Part shown: piece by piece, positions 9,370-19,546 of the stretch | Layout of the letters: every line of letters starts with the position of its first letter | Position numbering within the stretch: the first letter of the stretch is position 1 | Origin: Pseudomonas phage PhiPA3 | Strand: one strand, 5' to 3' | DNA: 64,000 nt | Sequence record: HQ630627.1 | Made by a program: the position numbers and the translations under genes | Notes under the pieces: model-generated | What the model was told of the DNA's origin: nothing | Databases searched by the model: none | What the model saw: only the letters and a program-made list of their open reading frames with translations

Positions 9370-10335
9370 TTGACAATGCGTCGCATCACTTTGAAGCTAG
9401 CAGACAATCCCATCGGCGCTAACCCCCTTGTGGGGCTATACAAGGCCATTACTGCCACGTACGCTAATCTGGGCTTGACTCAAGCAAACTCCGCTGTAAT
9501 CAAAATACAGCCAGCCGCAACACTGGAAGAACCCAATTTAACGATTGTCGTTGTTCGTAAGGATAATGATCCTAACAAAGACTACGAATTCTTTTACAAT
9601 CGTTTCAACATTAATACCTACATCAACAACCCTTACTGGACTGAAGCCGAGGTTCCAGTTGTCCAAGCTATCAACAACTCGAAAGAACTGTTGGCTAAGA
9701 TTGCTACTAAGTCAACCCTTAATCTAACTGAGAAAGATGTTTGGGTAAATATAGCCTCGATCGACTATGCAGGGGGTACGATTACACCCAACTGGTTAAT
9801 GACATGCATCTCTAACTCAGTGTACTTCACAGGTAAATTGATCCTGTGGTTGCATGGTGGCGGTGGTCCAGGTCCTGACCCGGAACCAGGTGATGGTGAT
9901 TATTCTCAGATGTTCCCGGCTTTGTTCTTAAAGCCAGTTCAAACGGGTGTAATTGAAACGTTCATAACCTACACCTATCCTGTTCCGACGTATGCTGAAG
10001 CTATTGGTCGTACTCTGGTATATCTACCGCCTCCGGCAAACAACTGGACGCTAGACGATGACACTGATGAAAACGGAGTCATACTGCCAAATACGTCTAA
10101 TGGTAATGCTGCTACTGTAAAGGCAGGTATGGAATATCGTATTGCCAACCGGAACACGGCTACTTTACGTCTGAGAGTTGACTACAATAACGACTTCCTG
10201 AAGGAAGGCCCGTCAATGATCAGATTTGTTCAACTTGGTCCATGGCAGCGTACTCGTGCTGTGTGTTATGAAAATACCGGCATTGCACCTAAGTGGACAC
10301 TGATAGGCGGTCACCGCACCGTGCCGTGGACGTAA
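9370..10335 (+). CDS. hypothetical protein (321 aa) with Gly/Pro/Asp-rich linker 'GGGGPGPDPEPGDGD'
   Basis: ORF track. Confidence 0.6.
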   Translation: MTMRRITLKLADNPIGANPLVGLYKAITATYANLGLTQANSAVIKIQPAATLEEPNLTIVVVRKDNDPNKDYEFFYNRFNINTYINNPYWTEAEVPVVQAINNSKELLAKIATKSTLNLTEKDVWVNIASIDYAGGTITPNWLMTCISNSVYFTGKLILWLHGGGGPGPDPEPGDGDYSQMFPALFLKPVQTGVIETFITYTYPVPTYAEAIGRTLVYLPPPANNWTLDDDTDENGVILPNTSNGNAATVKAGMEYRIANRNTATLRLRVDYNNDFLKEGPSMIRFVQLGPWQRTRAVCYENTGIAPKWTLIGGHRTVPWT

Positions 10336-10736
10336 TGGAATTCTGTCAGTTCTACCCAGCCGTTAAGAAAATAACCATTAATGAAACCACCATGAAATAT
10401 ACGGCGGTTTCTGGGGATTGTGTAAGCCATCTGTTCTTTACACATGCATCGTTTGATCCAGACAACGTAAGTGGCGAACGGTTTGATGTGGATATCCCTG
10501 CGAGTATTTTAGATCTGTCTCAGGGCGATTACAATTTCACGGTAATAAACAAAACAAATTATCGTTTGTGGGTGAAGTTGTACCAACCACAATGGACACT
10601 TGATTACTACCCCACGACGTTGGTGAGCATTAGGCCAGCCACCTCAGTAGAATTCAAGATGGTTCGTAATCCCCACAATGAAAAATCGTACTGGCTAGTT
10701 TTGGGCGAAGCTAGCAGGGAGTATGACGATGAGTAA
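10335..10736 (+). CDS. hypothetical protein (about 133 aa)
   Basis: TAATG stop/start overlap with the upstream gene (start MEFCQFYPAVKK...). The track's longer version overlaps by 43 nt. Confidence 0.5.
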   Translation: MEFCQFYPAVKKITINETTMKYTAVSGDCVSHLFFTHASFDPDNVSGERFDVDIPASILDLSQGDYNFTVINKTNYRLWVKLYQPQWTLDYYPTTLVSIRPATSVEFKMVRNPHNEKSYWLVLGEASREYDDE

Positions 10737-11202
10737 CGATTATTCACAGTGCACGAACTGGATACAATCTGTTCCAAATGTCTTAATCAATGCATACCCT
10801 GAACGAGGGCGCCATCCGAATCATGCGCCTGAAATTATGGCCTATGCAATGGTCAATCCGAAAGAACTCAAACTGCATGACGCTTTTTTAGTTTTTAGGT
10901 TGCCAGCCAATATTGATTGGGACGGATATAATTGGTTTGGTGCCGTATTGGCGTATGACCCCTCTTTACCCAATGGGTTCCATATGCGAATTGTTTTCGA
11001 TGCTCCCGAAGAAGAGAACCCCGAAGCGGGTGAGATTAACATCTACTACGAGAACGCAACGGAAGACTTCGCAACTCCATTGGGTCTTGACGGTACACGG
11101 ATTGTGAATCGTGACGTATGGGACTTGTACGTGGAACGGGAAGATGGCTCTACGTCGGGTGATTATCGATTAGTTGCTTATGATCCGGGTTATTCGTGGT
11201 AA
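10723..11202 (+). CDS. hypothetical protein (159 aa)
   Basis: ORF track. Hairpin terminator 11208-11238 follows. Confidence 0.5.
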   Translation: MTMSNDYSQCTNWIQSVPNVLINAYPERGRHPNHAPEIMAYAMVNPKELKLHDAFLVFRLPANIDWDGYNWFGAVLAYDPSLPNGFHMRIVFDAPEEENPEAGEINIYYENATEDFATPLGLDGTRIVNRDVWDLYVEREDGSTSGDYRLVAYDPGYSW

Positions 11203-11207
11203 CCATA

Positions 11208-11238
11208 ATGGCGGGGAATCAATAAGATTCCCCGCCAT
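11208..11238 (+). terminator. hairpin terminator (GGCGGGGAATC-AATAA-GATTCCCCGCC)
   Basis: 11-bp stem after the 159-aa gene. Confidence 0.5.
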
Positions 11239-11288
11239 TAAAGGAACTATTGAACCCAATCAGATGACAACCAATTCGAGAACCCGCC

Positions 11289-11921
11289 ATGGCTGATAAC
11301 ACAACCATTCTTGTCCCGCCGCCTAATACAAAAGGCCTATACACGCTGTACGCTCCGTTTGATCAGCAGATGGTACCAAATGAACTGTACACTTGTGCAG
11401 CCATCCGGCGTTTCGAGGACATTGAAAATAATGGTCGTAATGTCTTCTCTGTTTATTACGAACCGTTTGGTCTGACCGAACAACAGTGTCAGTCAGACCG
11501 TGCAGCAGGGCACTTTATCGTTACTCTGCTCTCCACCAAATATCCACCCCTGTACGTACCGACGAGCTTTATCAAGTCGTATCCTAACTTGAACTCGAAG
11601 CAGTACAATCAGGTTATTCTTACTCTGTCGCTAGGTCCTCTTCCGGATGATGTCATTTTAGACTCCGCTATGGATGCGGCAGCCAATGCCGTTAGTGACT
11701 TCCTCGGTGTTACTCCGGAAGTACACATCGGTATCATGCCGCTATCGGATGCAGTTACTCCTGAGCAGCATGAAACCCGTGAGGCGAATCGTTTGGCAGC
11801 TATTGCCAACAGAACCACAGATTACGCCCGTCTCGCTGAAGAACAAGCCAAGAACGCACAACTCTCTCAACGCCTAGCGATTGCCGAGAAAATGCTGAAG
11901 GATAACGGCTTACTCCCTTGA
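11289..11921 (+). CDS. hypothetical protein (210 aa)
   Basis: ORF track. Confidence 0.55.
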   Translation: MADNTTILVPPPNTKGLYTLYAPFDQQMVPNELYTCAAIRRFEDIENNGRNVFSVYYEPFGLTEQQCQSDRAAGHFIVTLLSTKYPPLYVPTSFIKSYPNLNSKQYNQVILTLSLGPLPDDVILDSAMDAAANAVSDFLGVTPEVHIGIMPLSDAVTPEQHETREANRLAAIANRTTDYARLAEEQAKNAQLSQRLAIAEKMLKDNGLLP

Positions 11922-11969
11922 CAACCTTATGTAGTTTCAAACCTCGATATCCCCTTAGTGGAGCTCAAA

Positions 11970-13712
11970 ATGGCCCGTGTTAAACTGTTTCAAATGATCA
12001 ATGCGATCTCAATGGAAGACGTCGAGAAAGCTAACGACGCAAACGTAGAAGTTGAAGGTAAGAAAGACCTCGAACCGCAACTCAAAGGCGATGAAGGTGA
12101 GAAGCCTAACGCAGATGACGTTGATGCCGCTGTTACCAATACCCAAACTACCGAACCGGGTCCGTCCGAAGGCGGTGGCGACGGTACCGCTCAGACTGTT
12201 GACGTGAATCACGTTGAGTCCAGCGATAAAGTAGAAAACCATGTTAAGCCCGTTGACCAAGCCAACAATGGCGAAGGTGACGACGCTCCGGAAAAAGTCA
12301 ATGCTGACGACGATAATGTCGCCACCACTACTTCCGTAGAAGAACATGATAACGACGGTCTGCAAACCATCGAGTCTGGTGAAACCGAATGTGTCGGTGA
12401 AGCGGATGACCTGGTTATGGACATCGAAGAAGTCACCAATGACGTAGATGCTTCCGGTATTACTGAAGCCATCGATTCCAAGTCGGATGCCGTTCAGGGT
12501 ATCGTTGAAGAAATCCGCGAAATGGAAAACGTTGAAGCGGCCGTAGAATCTTACCTGGGCGTTCTGCGTGGCATGCGTAACCGTGGCACCGAGATTTCCC
12601 CGGAACTGCAAGAGACCATGCGCATCGGTCTGGAAGCCATGGATTCGACCTTCTTCAAAGGCTCTGTGGTTTCTGTTGAAGACATCGATGATGGTGAAGG
12701 TCACAAGACTGCTCGTGACGCTACTGAAAGCAAACTGTCGGCTAAAGCTAAGCAGATCTGGGAAGCTCTGAAGCGTGCCTTTATGCGTGCTCTGGCTGCT
12801 CTGCAAGACGTATTCGTTTCCGTCATGAATAACGCCGGCAAACTGAAAGAACGTCTGGGTAAGCTGCGCTCGGAAGTTAACGTTCTTGAAGGTGGTAAAG
12901 AAGTCAAAGTTGCCAACGCCATGGGTCTGTCCATGAATGGCGAGTGGGTAGGTGACTCAGATCAAGGTCTGAAGAACATTCGTCGTACCGCTGACGAAGC
13001 CCTGCTGAACTTCCCCAGCAAACTGGCTGATGGTCTAGTTGCACTGAATCGTCGTTATCGCGACAAAACTCAGGAAGGCATCGAAGCCTACGAAGAAGCC
13101 ATCAACTCGGTTATCAAGATCTACAACCAGTCCTTCACCAGCTTCAAGTCCAGCAATGCTCGTGGTGAAATCACCGATATTGACACCAGTCGCTACAACC
13201 GTATCCTGCTTGGTCCAGTAATGCCGGGTAACCGTGTTCTGGCAGTAGCTTTCAGTTCCACGAAGACTGAAAGCGGCGGTTCTGCTGTCGGTGACACTGA
13301 AGCCAAGAACCTCACCAGCGTGATCAAAGAGAAGCTCGCTACCCTGAACAGTGAAGCCTACTCCGGTACTGTGAAAACCCCGAGTGCTTCTGAAGCACGC
13401 GCTGTTGTTGCTGCTCTGGAAGGTATCGTGGATAGCGTACTGGCTCGTAACGAAGGTCGTACTTCACTCAAGAAGCTGGCTAACATGGTTCAGGGCATCG
13501 CTCAAAACCGTAATGAGAATCCGAGTGCTATGGCCAAAACTCAAGGTGGTCATTGGGTTGACCAGATTGCTATCTCGGTAGCTCGTCGCGCCCTGGAAAC
13601 CAACCACGAGTTGATCGCATACATCATGCGCACCATCAAGACCTACATTGGCTTCCTGGAAGCCAGTATCAAGGCCGAAGCTGGTGGTGAAACCATCAAC
13701 CAAACTGCTTAA
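11970..13712 (+). CDS. hypothetical virion protein with strongly acidic N-terminal 170 aa
   Basis: ATG 11970 with GGAG 6 nt upstream (the track starts at GTG 11958). 'TTATGTA' motif at 11929-11935. D/E-rich N-terminus. Confidence 0.6.
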   Translation: MARVKLFQMINAISMEDVEKANDANVEVEGKKDLEPQLKGDEGEKPNADDVDAAVTNTQTTEPGPSEGGGDGTAQTVDVNHVESSDKVENHVKPVDQANNGEGDDAPEKVNADDDNVATTTSVEEHDNDGLQTIESGETECVGEADDLVMDIEEVTNDVDASGITEAIDSKSDAVQGIVEEIREMENVEAAVESYLGVLRGMRNRGTEISPELQETMRIGLEAMDSTFFKGSVVSVEDIDDGEGHKTARDATESKLSAKAKQIWEALKRAFMRALAALQDVFVSVMNNAGKLKERLGKLRSEVNVLEGGKEVKVANAMGLSMNGEWVGDSDQGLKNIRRTADEALLNFPSKLADGLVALNRRYRDKTQEGIEAYEEAINSVIKIYNQSFTSFKSSNARGEITDIDTSRYNRILLGPVMPGNRVLAVAFSSTKTESGGSAVGDTEAKNLTSVIKEKLATLNSEAYSGTVKTPSASEARAVVAALEGIVDSVLARNEGRTSLKKLANMVQGIAQNRNENPSAMAKTQGGHWVDQIAISVARRALETNHELIAYIMRTIKTYIGFLEASIKAEAGGETINQTA

Positions 13713-13721
13713 GGAACTACC

Positions 13722-14900
13722 ATGACCACCATAGCCGCATGGGACGAAGTTTGCAGTGACTGGGATAAGATCACCAAGATCCAATCCTCGCTCGAACGCT
13801 TTGCGGATGTGCTGGCTGGACGTGACGAAGCTACTGAGGAGATGGCGCAAGTCATCTCCATTGGTCTGGAGTCGATCGACCCTAACTTCGATATCAAAGA
13901 AGGTAGTAAGATCACCCTCCGAGCTATTAAAGAAGGGATCGTGATGGCAGCTAAGGCTGCCCGCGATCTTATTCGTTATCTCTGGGAACTCCTGAACTCA
14001 TTCTACGTCAAATTCACTGGTAGTATCCGTCGAGTTCGTCGTACACAAGAAGGCATTAGTCGTCGACTGGGTAAGCTCGGTTCTAAGACCACTTACCAGA
14101 AGATGTCTGTGTCGGGTATCCAGCGTTTGTCCATTGACGGTAACTTTGTTGGTACCGAACTGAGCAACCTGCAAGATATCCACCAACTAACCAACTACAT
14201 TCTTAATCAGTATCCCAAGAGCGTCGTTAAGATTGCTCGTGACGCTAGTCGCCAGTTCCTGAACATTCTGGATCAAGGTGGTGAGCGTCAGGTCGTGATG
14301 GAAAATGCAGTTGATGCATTTGCTGATATTCTCCAGCGGGACTTCATACCCCCGCAAGGTTTCCGTCCTGTGCAACCACGGGAACTGGGTAGCCTTGAGA
14401 AAGGTGTTAATCGCAGTGAGATCCTGCCAGGTAACGTAGCCTTCCTCTATACTCCGCCAGATGTAATTCGCCAACAGCTGAAGTCTGGTAAGGGTAACCT
14501 GGAGAATATCATCAAGAGTTCGTTCACTATGCAATTCTCTGAATTGCAGCTCAATGTGGCTGACCGTTCTGAACGTGAGATCGAGGTGCCCTCAGTCCGT
14601 ACTTTGAGTGAAATCACCGAAAAGATTTCCAGCATCCTGTCTCTGGCCGAGCGGGCTGAAGCGGGTCGAAAGGACTTCGCCACGGTCAAGGTTGTAGTGG
14701 ACGACGCTATTCGCCAAATTGCTGAGCGTAGTAGTGAAGAGAACAATTCCGGTAATGTGCTATTACATATCACGGGTGAGATCTCTAAGAAACTAGCTGA
14801 GCCCATGGGTTTCTATACCCACTGGTTGGCAGTAACGCTGAACGTGTGGCTGAACTTTGTAAGTCAGTGCATTAAGCATTACGAAGACGAAGGCGTATAA
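13722..14900 (+). CDS. hypothetical protein (392 aa)
   Basis: ORF track. Ends at bidirectional terminator 14903-14937. Confidence 0.6.
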   Translation: MTTIAAWDEVCSDWDKITKIQSSLERFADVLAGRDEATEEMAQVISIGLESIDPNFDIKEGSKITLRAIKEGIVMAAKAARDLIRYLWELLNSFYVKFTGSIRRVRRTQEGISRRLGKLGSKTTYQKMSVSGIQRLSIDGNFVGTELSNLQDIHQLTNYILNQYPKSVVKIARDASRQFLNILDQGGERQVVMENAVDAFADILQRDFIPPQGFRPVQPRELGSLEKGVNRSEILPGNVAFLYTPPDVIRQQLKSGKGNLENIIKSSFTMQFSELQLNVADRSEREIEVPSVRTLSEITEKISSILSLAERAEAGRKDFATVKVVVDDAIRQIAERSSEENNSGNVLLHITGEISKKLAEPMGFYTHWLAVTLNVWLNFVSQCIKHYEDEGV

Positions 14901-14902
14901 CG

Positions 14903-14937
14903 GCATAATAGCCCCTCCTTCGGGAGGGGCGTTATGT
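14903..14937. terminator. bidirectional terminator module GCATAAT-[GCCCCTCC-TTCG-GGAGGGGC]-GTTATG
   Basis: Between convergent genes 13722..14900 (+) and PAAR (-). Extended palindrome. Confidence 0.65.
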
Positions 14938-14939
14938 TA

Positions 14940-15206
14940 TCATTGACTTACTGTCATCTTCGAGTTATCAGTGAGTGTATGGCCACAACTTGCGGCATCT
15001 CCGACTTTACAGATGGGGATTCCTTGTACGCGCAGTTTAGTAGAACCCTGTACCATACGTGCATTGTTGTGTGACCCGTTACCATGTCCTCGAATCTGAT
15101 CACCAAGCTGGGTTGCTACAATACCGCCAATGCGTAATTTAAGTGCACCTGGTCCCAACACCGTACCACCTGCTACAGCGATACCGATTCTTCCGACAGC
15201 TGGCAT
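14940..15206 (-). CDS. PAAR-repeat spike-tip protein (about 88 aa)
   Basis: 'LGDQIRGHG', 'ARMVQGSTKLRVQGIPICKVGD', 'ASCGHTL' fit the PAAR repeat pattern (GD...HG / VGD...CG). Start 15206 has SD AAGGGG; the track's longer 131-aa version overlaps the spike gene. Confidence 0.75.
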   Translation of the reverse strand: MPAVGRIGIAVAGGTVLGPGALKLRIGGIVATQLGDQIRGHGNGSHNNARMVQGSTKLRVQGIPICKVGDAASCGHTLTDNSKMTVSQ

Positions 15207-15216
15207 ATAAATCCCC

Positions 15217-16002
15217 TTAGATGATGTCGAATCCACCAGTAGTGTATTTGGTCGCCCCGGCAGTGACGTCCCAGTTACCAGTGGTGGAAGTAATGGCACT
15301 GGGAGTCCATTCCGTAGTCGAACCGCCACAGACAATCTTCACTGATTGATCTGCTTTGATTTCGATAGACTGCTTCTCTACTTTCACGTACGACTGATCA
15401 GCGTTGATCATCTGCAAACGACGTTCTTTTGCATCCAGTTCGAACATGTCCCCTACATCATCCATGCAATACCAAGAACCGTACTTGGTGTTAAACTGCA
15501 TGGTAAAGGCAAAGGGTTCACCATTTGCCTTAGAGGTACCCATAGTGACGTGACCGTCCATGGGGGACCACTGCATGAAGTAACAAGTTGTGAAGTCAAT
15601 ACCAGCACCACCTGCTTTAGGAGCAGCGTTATACACATAGACAACCGATTCCAGTTGTCTAAGGTTATTACGTAAGCCTAAACACCGCCAGAAGTACTGA
15701 GTGGTGTTAGCCATCCGCCAAATCTCAACCAGTTCACCCCGAACAACATCTGGTGGTGTGGCACGGTTATCTTCACTGGGGAGCCATTCACAGTTAAATG
15801 TTCGGTTGTTGGTAATCTTTACTTCGAAGGTATTGCCTGAGGAATCTAAAGCTTGAATGGTTTTCTGTTGGGGATTGTTGGTTACTTCCCCGTCTGTGGC
15901 GGTGGCGAGTTCTACGGCTACACAGGCGACGTGTCGAGAAGCTCTTGCTTTATTCTCAGCTACACGTCCCAGGCTAACCAGTTTAAACGAGGACGCTTCC
16001 AT
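15217..16002 (-). CDS. candidate baseplate central spike protein (gp5/VgrG-like, 261 aa)
   Basis: Immediately upstream of the PAAR gene. C-terminal beta-strand-like repeats 'IEIKADQSVKIVCGGSTTEWTPSAITSTTGNWDVTAG'. SD GGAG before ATG 16002. Confidence 0.5.
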   Translation of the reverse strand: MEASSFKLVSLGRVAENKARASRHVACVAVELATATDGEVTNNPQQKTIQALDSSGNTFEVKITNNRTFNCEWLPSEDNRATPPDVVRGELVEIWRMANTTQYFWRCLGLRNNLRQLESVVYVYNAAPKAGGAGIDFTTCYFMQWSPMDGHVTMGTSKANGEPFAFTMQFNTKYGSWYCMDDVGDMFELDAKERRLQMINADQSYVKVEKQSIEIKADQSVKIVCGGSTTEWTPSAITSTTGNWDVTAGATKYTTGGFDII

Positions 16003-16068
16003 GGAAACTCCGATAAAATACTGATGTGCTTTTCTCTATAGGGTAACGATCGTTTTTAAGGACTTACG

Positions 16069-18561
16069 ATGCGCATTGTTTATTTTCGGTTGAGCAAATA
16101 TACTCGACTGATGGCGACTAACATTCAATCTTTTGAGTGGACGCCAACCAAGAATCTGATGATCATGATTGGATCTAATGGATCAGGTAAGTCCTCGATT
16201 ATGGATGAACTGTCCCCGTTACCCGCAAAAAAGGATGAATTCGAAAAAGGCGGTGAGAAAGAGGTCCATTGCTATCATCGCGATCACTTTTATGTGGTTC
16301 ACTCAGTTTATGGACATGGTACTGGACGACATTCATTTAAGCGTGATTCAGTTGAATTGAACCCTGGGGGTACATTCAAAGTTCAAGAAGAACTCTGTAT
16401 GCAGGAATTTGGTCTGAACGTCGAACGGCATCGTATCATGACTGGTCGTATTAAGTTCACCAACCTGCCAGTGTCTAAGCGTCGTGAATACCTAACCGAG
16501 ATGTCGGTAGTTAACCTCGACTTCGCCTTTGATACATTTAAGATGGTGTCTACTGAACAGCGTAACCAGAAAGGGGTTATTGACACTATCACCAGGCGCT
16601 TGGTGGCTGAGAACCACGACATTCCATCTGATACGGAAATGTCGCTGATGCGTGATAATGTTGCCGCCATGACTAAACGATTGAATCGATTGTTCCAAGA
16701 GAAGCAATCGAATGCACCGAAGGCGCAGTTCTTCTCCACGGATGCTATCGAACAGGAACGTGAGGCTATTATTACTAAGGCCAAGCAACTGCTTAGGTCA
16801 TACATGTACATTCCATCTAGCGTCAAGTGTCATGGTAGAGATGGTGCGATTGCTCAGCTCAATAGTGTCAAACAGGAACATTCAGCCATCACCGCTGTGA
16901 TCAATCGATTGGCAGAAGAACTTGAGAAGCTTCGTACATCTACTCCACAGTCGATGGAAGTCTCGCCTGATGAGATCAGATCTTTGCGGGAACAATACGA
17001 CACCTTGTTGGACATTTATGTCCGTAAGTCTAATCAAGTCGGTCAATACAATGCCTCGTTCCCGTTGGTGCAATTTGATCTAGCTGGAGATCCTCATCAA
17101 AAACTAGATACTCTGTTTGAACGGTGGTTTGCATCGATCAATGCCTTTCCTGACAATGCTGACGCACGGATGTCACGTGAAGAAGCGGTTACTCGTCAGG
17201 CGCGTCTGAAAGAACTCAAAGGCGTTCGTCGTCAAATCGATGACAAACACCAATCGGTTTGCCAGCGCATTGCACGGATGAAAGGTTGTGAGCATGTTAA
17301 GTGCCCGAACTGTAATCATGACTTCCAACCAGGGGTTGCTGAAACCGAAGCAGTTGAGCTAGAGGCTTCTAAACTTAAATTAGAAGAAGCCATGGATCGT
17401 CTGGATATCGAAGTAAAAGAACATGAAGAGTATTTGGAACAGTTCCAAGATTACTCCGGTCATGTTTACAACTTCGTGCAGATTAACAAAGACTATCCCG
17501 AATTCCATGAACTGTGGAGTTATTGTGCTAGTAAGTTGATCATGTTCCGTACCCCAGCTCAACATAAGACTGACGCCATCATGTGGCATACAACGATGCG
17601 GACTTGGGTGGATGCTCAGCAAGCACTAGCTCGTGCTCAGGTTATCGAACAACGTCTGAAAATCATCGATGAGATCGATCAAGATGCGATCGGTTTCATG
17701 AAGCGCCGGACAGCTGATCTAGAAACCGAGATCAACGAGATGTATACGCGCGCTGATGTCTTTCGTCATGGTGTTCTGGAAATCGAAGAAGCGATTGATG
17801 AAGTTGATAACTACGTTGCTGCTGCTCAAGCAGTCTTTGATGAATATGAGATTTGGCAAACCAAAGTTCGTAATCATTGTGAGCATCTTCTGGACCGGGC
17901 ATATACCGAAGAAATCAGCGCTATTCAACTGGAACTGGCTGAACATAATCGACAATTGAATATCCTGCAACAAAGGGAAACTACAATCCGCACATTGGAG
18001 AACGAAGTAGCCTTATCCACGGAAGCTTATGACGAACTCTCATTGATCATCAAAGCGTTGTCTCCGAAAGGAGGGTTGATTGGTAGATATCTACTAGGGT
18101 TCCTACAGGGGGTGGTGTCTGTAGTGAACGCACACATCGACGAAGTCTGGTCATATCCGATGGAAGTTCTGCCATCACGGGTAGATCGCGATGAACTCGA
18201 TTACCGTTTCCCGCTTAAGGTGGGTGGTGGTAAAGTGATCACTTCAGATATCGAAGATGGTTCGAGCTCTCAGCTAGAAATGGTGAACTACGGTTTCCGT
18301 ATGGCTCAACTGAAGTTCTTAGGTCTGGAAGACTATCCGTTGTTCCTGGATGAATTCGGTCGTACCTTTGATGAACAACATCGGGCTAACCTGATTCCAT
18401 ATCTCAGTCGTTTGGTTGAGAACGGTCTAGTGGAACAGATATTCTATATCAGCCATTTCCAATCAACTCATGGCGCTTTCAATCAGGCCGAGTTCATGGT
18501 CTTGGATCCAACCAACGTGACCGTTCCAGAAGTTTACAACAAGAACGTTGTAATCAAATAG
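16069..18561 (+). CDS. Rad50/SbcC-like ABC ATPase (T4 gp46-like), 830 aa
   Basis: Walker A 'GSNGSGKSS'. Central coiled-coil region with zinc-hook 'KCPNCNH'. C-terminal signature-like 'SSSQLE' plus Walker B 'PLFLDEFG' and H-loop 'ISHF'. Confidence 0.8.
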   Translation: MRIVYFRLSKYTRLMATNIQSFEWTPTKNLMIMIGSNGSGKSSIMDELSPLPAKKDEFEKGGEKEVHCYHRDHFYVVHSVYGHGTGRHSFKRDSVELNPGGTFKVQEELCMQEFGLNVERHRIMTGRIKFTNLPVSKRREYLTEMSVVNLDFAFDTFKMVSTEQRNQKGVIDTITRRLVAENHDIPSDTEMSLMRDNVAAMTKRLNRLFQEKQSNAPKAQFFSTDAIEQEREAIITKAKQLLRSYMYIPSSVKCHGRDGAIAQLNSVKQEHSAITAVINRLAEELEKLRTSTPQSMEVSPDEIRSLREQYDTLLDIYVRKSNQVGQYNASFPLVQFDLAGDPHQKLDTLFERWFASINAFPDNADARMSREEAVTRQARLKELKGVRRQIDDKHQSVCQRIARMKGCEHVKCPNCNHDFQPGVAETEAVELEASKLKLEEAMDRLDIEVKEHEEYLEQFQDYSGHVYNFVQINKDYPEFHELWSYCASKLIMFRTPAQHKTDAIMWHTTMRTWVDAQQALARAQVIEQRLKIIDEIDQDAIGFMKRRTADLETEINEMYTRADVFRHGVLEIEEAIDEVDNYVAAAQAVFDEYEIWQTKVRNHCEHLLDRAYTEEISAIQLELAEHNRQLNILQQRETTIRTLENEVALSTEAYDELSLIIKALSPKGGLIGRYLLGFLQGVVSVVNAHIDEVWSYPMEVLPSRVDRDELDYRFPLKVGGGKVITSDIEDGSSSQLEMVNYGFRMAQLKFLGLEDYPLFLDEFGRTFDEQHRANLIPYLSRLVENGLVEQIFYISHFQSTHGAFNQAEFMVLDPTNVTVPEVYNKNVVIK

Positions 18562-18581
18562 ATTTAAACCCGTTACACGCC

Positions 18582-18589
18582 TATATTAC
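18582..18589 (+). promoter_or_regulatory. phiKZ-type early promoter-like element TATATTAC
   Basis: Exact 'TATATTAC' flanked by inverted repeat CACG...CGTG. About 25 nt upstream of a block of small membrane-protein genes. Confidence 0.4.
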
Positions 18590-18613
18590 AAACGTGATTA
18601 ACAAGGAGCTACT

Positions 18614-18826
18614 ATGGACGCTTCACTGATGAAATTAGTGTTGTTTATGGTTTTGTTGATTACGTTTGTATTGGCTGTAGTATTCTGGGTCTACTGGAAG
18701 ATGGTAGCTTTCGAGAAACTCGAAGAACAGAAGAAAATCATTGCGTGTAAACGCTGGAGAGCTGTATCAAGTTCTGGTGTAACCACCGCAGGTATCTTTT
18801 GTTATTGTGGGCATTGCGATGGATAA
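18614..18826 (+). CDS. small membrane protein (70 aa)
   Basis: One TM helix 'LVLFMVLLITFVLAVVFWVYW'. First gene after early-promoter-like TATATTAC at 18582. Confidence 0.45.
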   Translation: MDASLMKLVLFMVLLITFVLAVVFWVYWKMVAFEKLEEQKKIIACKRWRAVSSSGVTTAGIFCYCGHCDG

Positions 18827-19112
18827 ATTCGATAGTCTCGCAGGTTTGGTATGTTTCCTCGTATTGCTTTTCTTCGTAGGGAAGATTATCTTGTCGGATA
18901 TTTTCTCAACTCTAGAGAAGCAACAACATGATGAACTGCATAAACAACATGCGGAGCAGTTACGTCTTGATGCCGAACGCTATCAAGAACGATTAAACGA
19001 AATTGGTCGGGGTCGAATAGACATTGGGTATGTTTTCGATTACGAAGATTGGTTACTAGATAAACAAGACCATCAGCGTAATGGAACCCATTATGAAGTC
19101 ATCAACATTTAG
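18807..19112 (+). CDS. small membrane protein (101 aa)
   Basis: TM 'LAGLVCFLVLLFFVGKIIL'. Terminator hairpin 19112-19127 at its 3' end. Confidence 0.45.
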   Translation: MGIAMDKFDSLAGLVCFLVLLFFVGKIILSDIFSTLEKQQHDELHKQHAEQLRLDAERYQERLNEIGRGRIDIGYVFDYEDWLLDKQDHQRNGTHYEVINI

Positions 19113-19136
19113 CCTCCTTCGGGAGGCTCTATGTCG
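19112..19136 (+). terminator. hairpin (GCCTCC-TTCG-GGAGGC) plus TCTATGTCG
   Basis: After the 101-aa TM gene. Confidence 0.55.
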
Positions 19137-19157
19137 TAAAACCTAAAAGGTGTTATC

Positions 19158-19532
19158 ATGAGCATCGCCGCGATGATGAATCGTATCGCGAAACGTATCC
19201 GTTTGATCCAGGTATGTCCAATGAGGGTCTACGTGACCCTTAGAGCGGCCACAGGCGCGTATTTCGACGTAGACATAGACAACGGTAGCTTTTGCTTTAC
19301 TGTGCGTTCTAGCGCGTCTGAAGGGCGCCGCGTGATGGGTACATTTCAGATCGATTCAGAAACCGGTTGGGTGATGCTGACTAGTTTCTATAACGAGATG
19401 TATAGTACCGAGTTCGGTGACCTATTACATTCAATTGACAGGACTCTGGAACTGCACAAAGATTGCTATGGGTTAGTCATCAACAATCTCCAGTTAATGG
19501 AGGAAGACGCTCGCGTCCGTTGGTTTCACTAA
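19158..19532 (+). CDS. hypothetical early protein (124 aa)
   Basis: ORF track. Confidence 0.5.
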   Translation: MSIAAMMNRIAKRIRLIQVCPMRVYVTLRAATGAYFDVDIDNGSFCFTVRSSASEGRRVMGTFQIDSETGWVMLTSFYNEMYSTEFGDLLHSIDRTLELHKDCYGLVINNLQLMEEDARVRWFH

Positions 19533-19546
19533 AAGGAAGAAAGAAT

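Noticed and set aside
12009-12806. 265-aa and other antisense ORFs inside the 580-aa acidic gene
   Set aside because: They are the mirror of GAx/GAC-rich acidic coding sequence and low-complexity S/F/L-rich.
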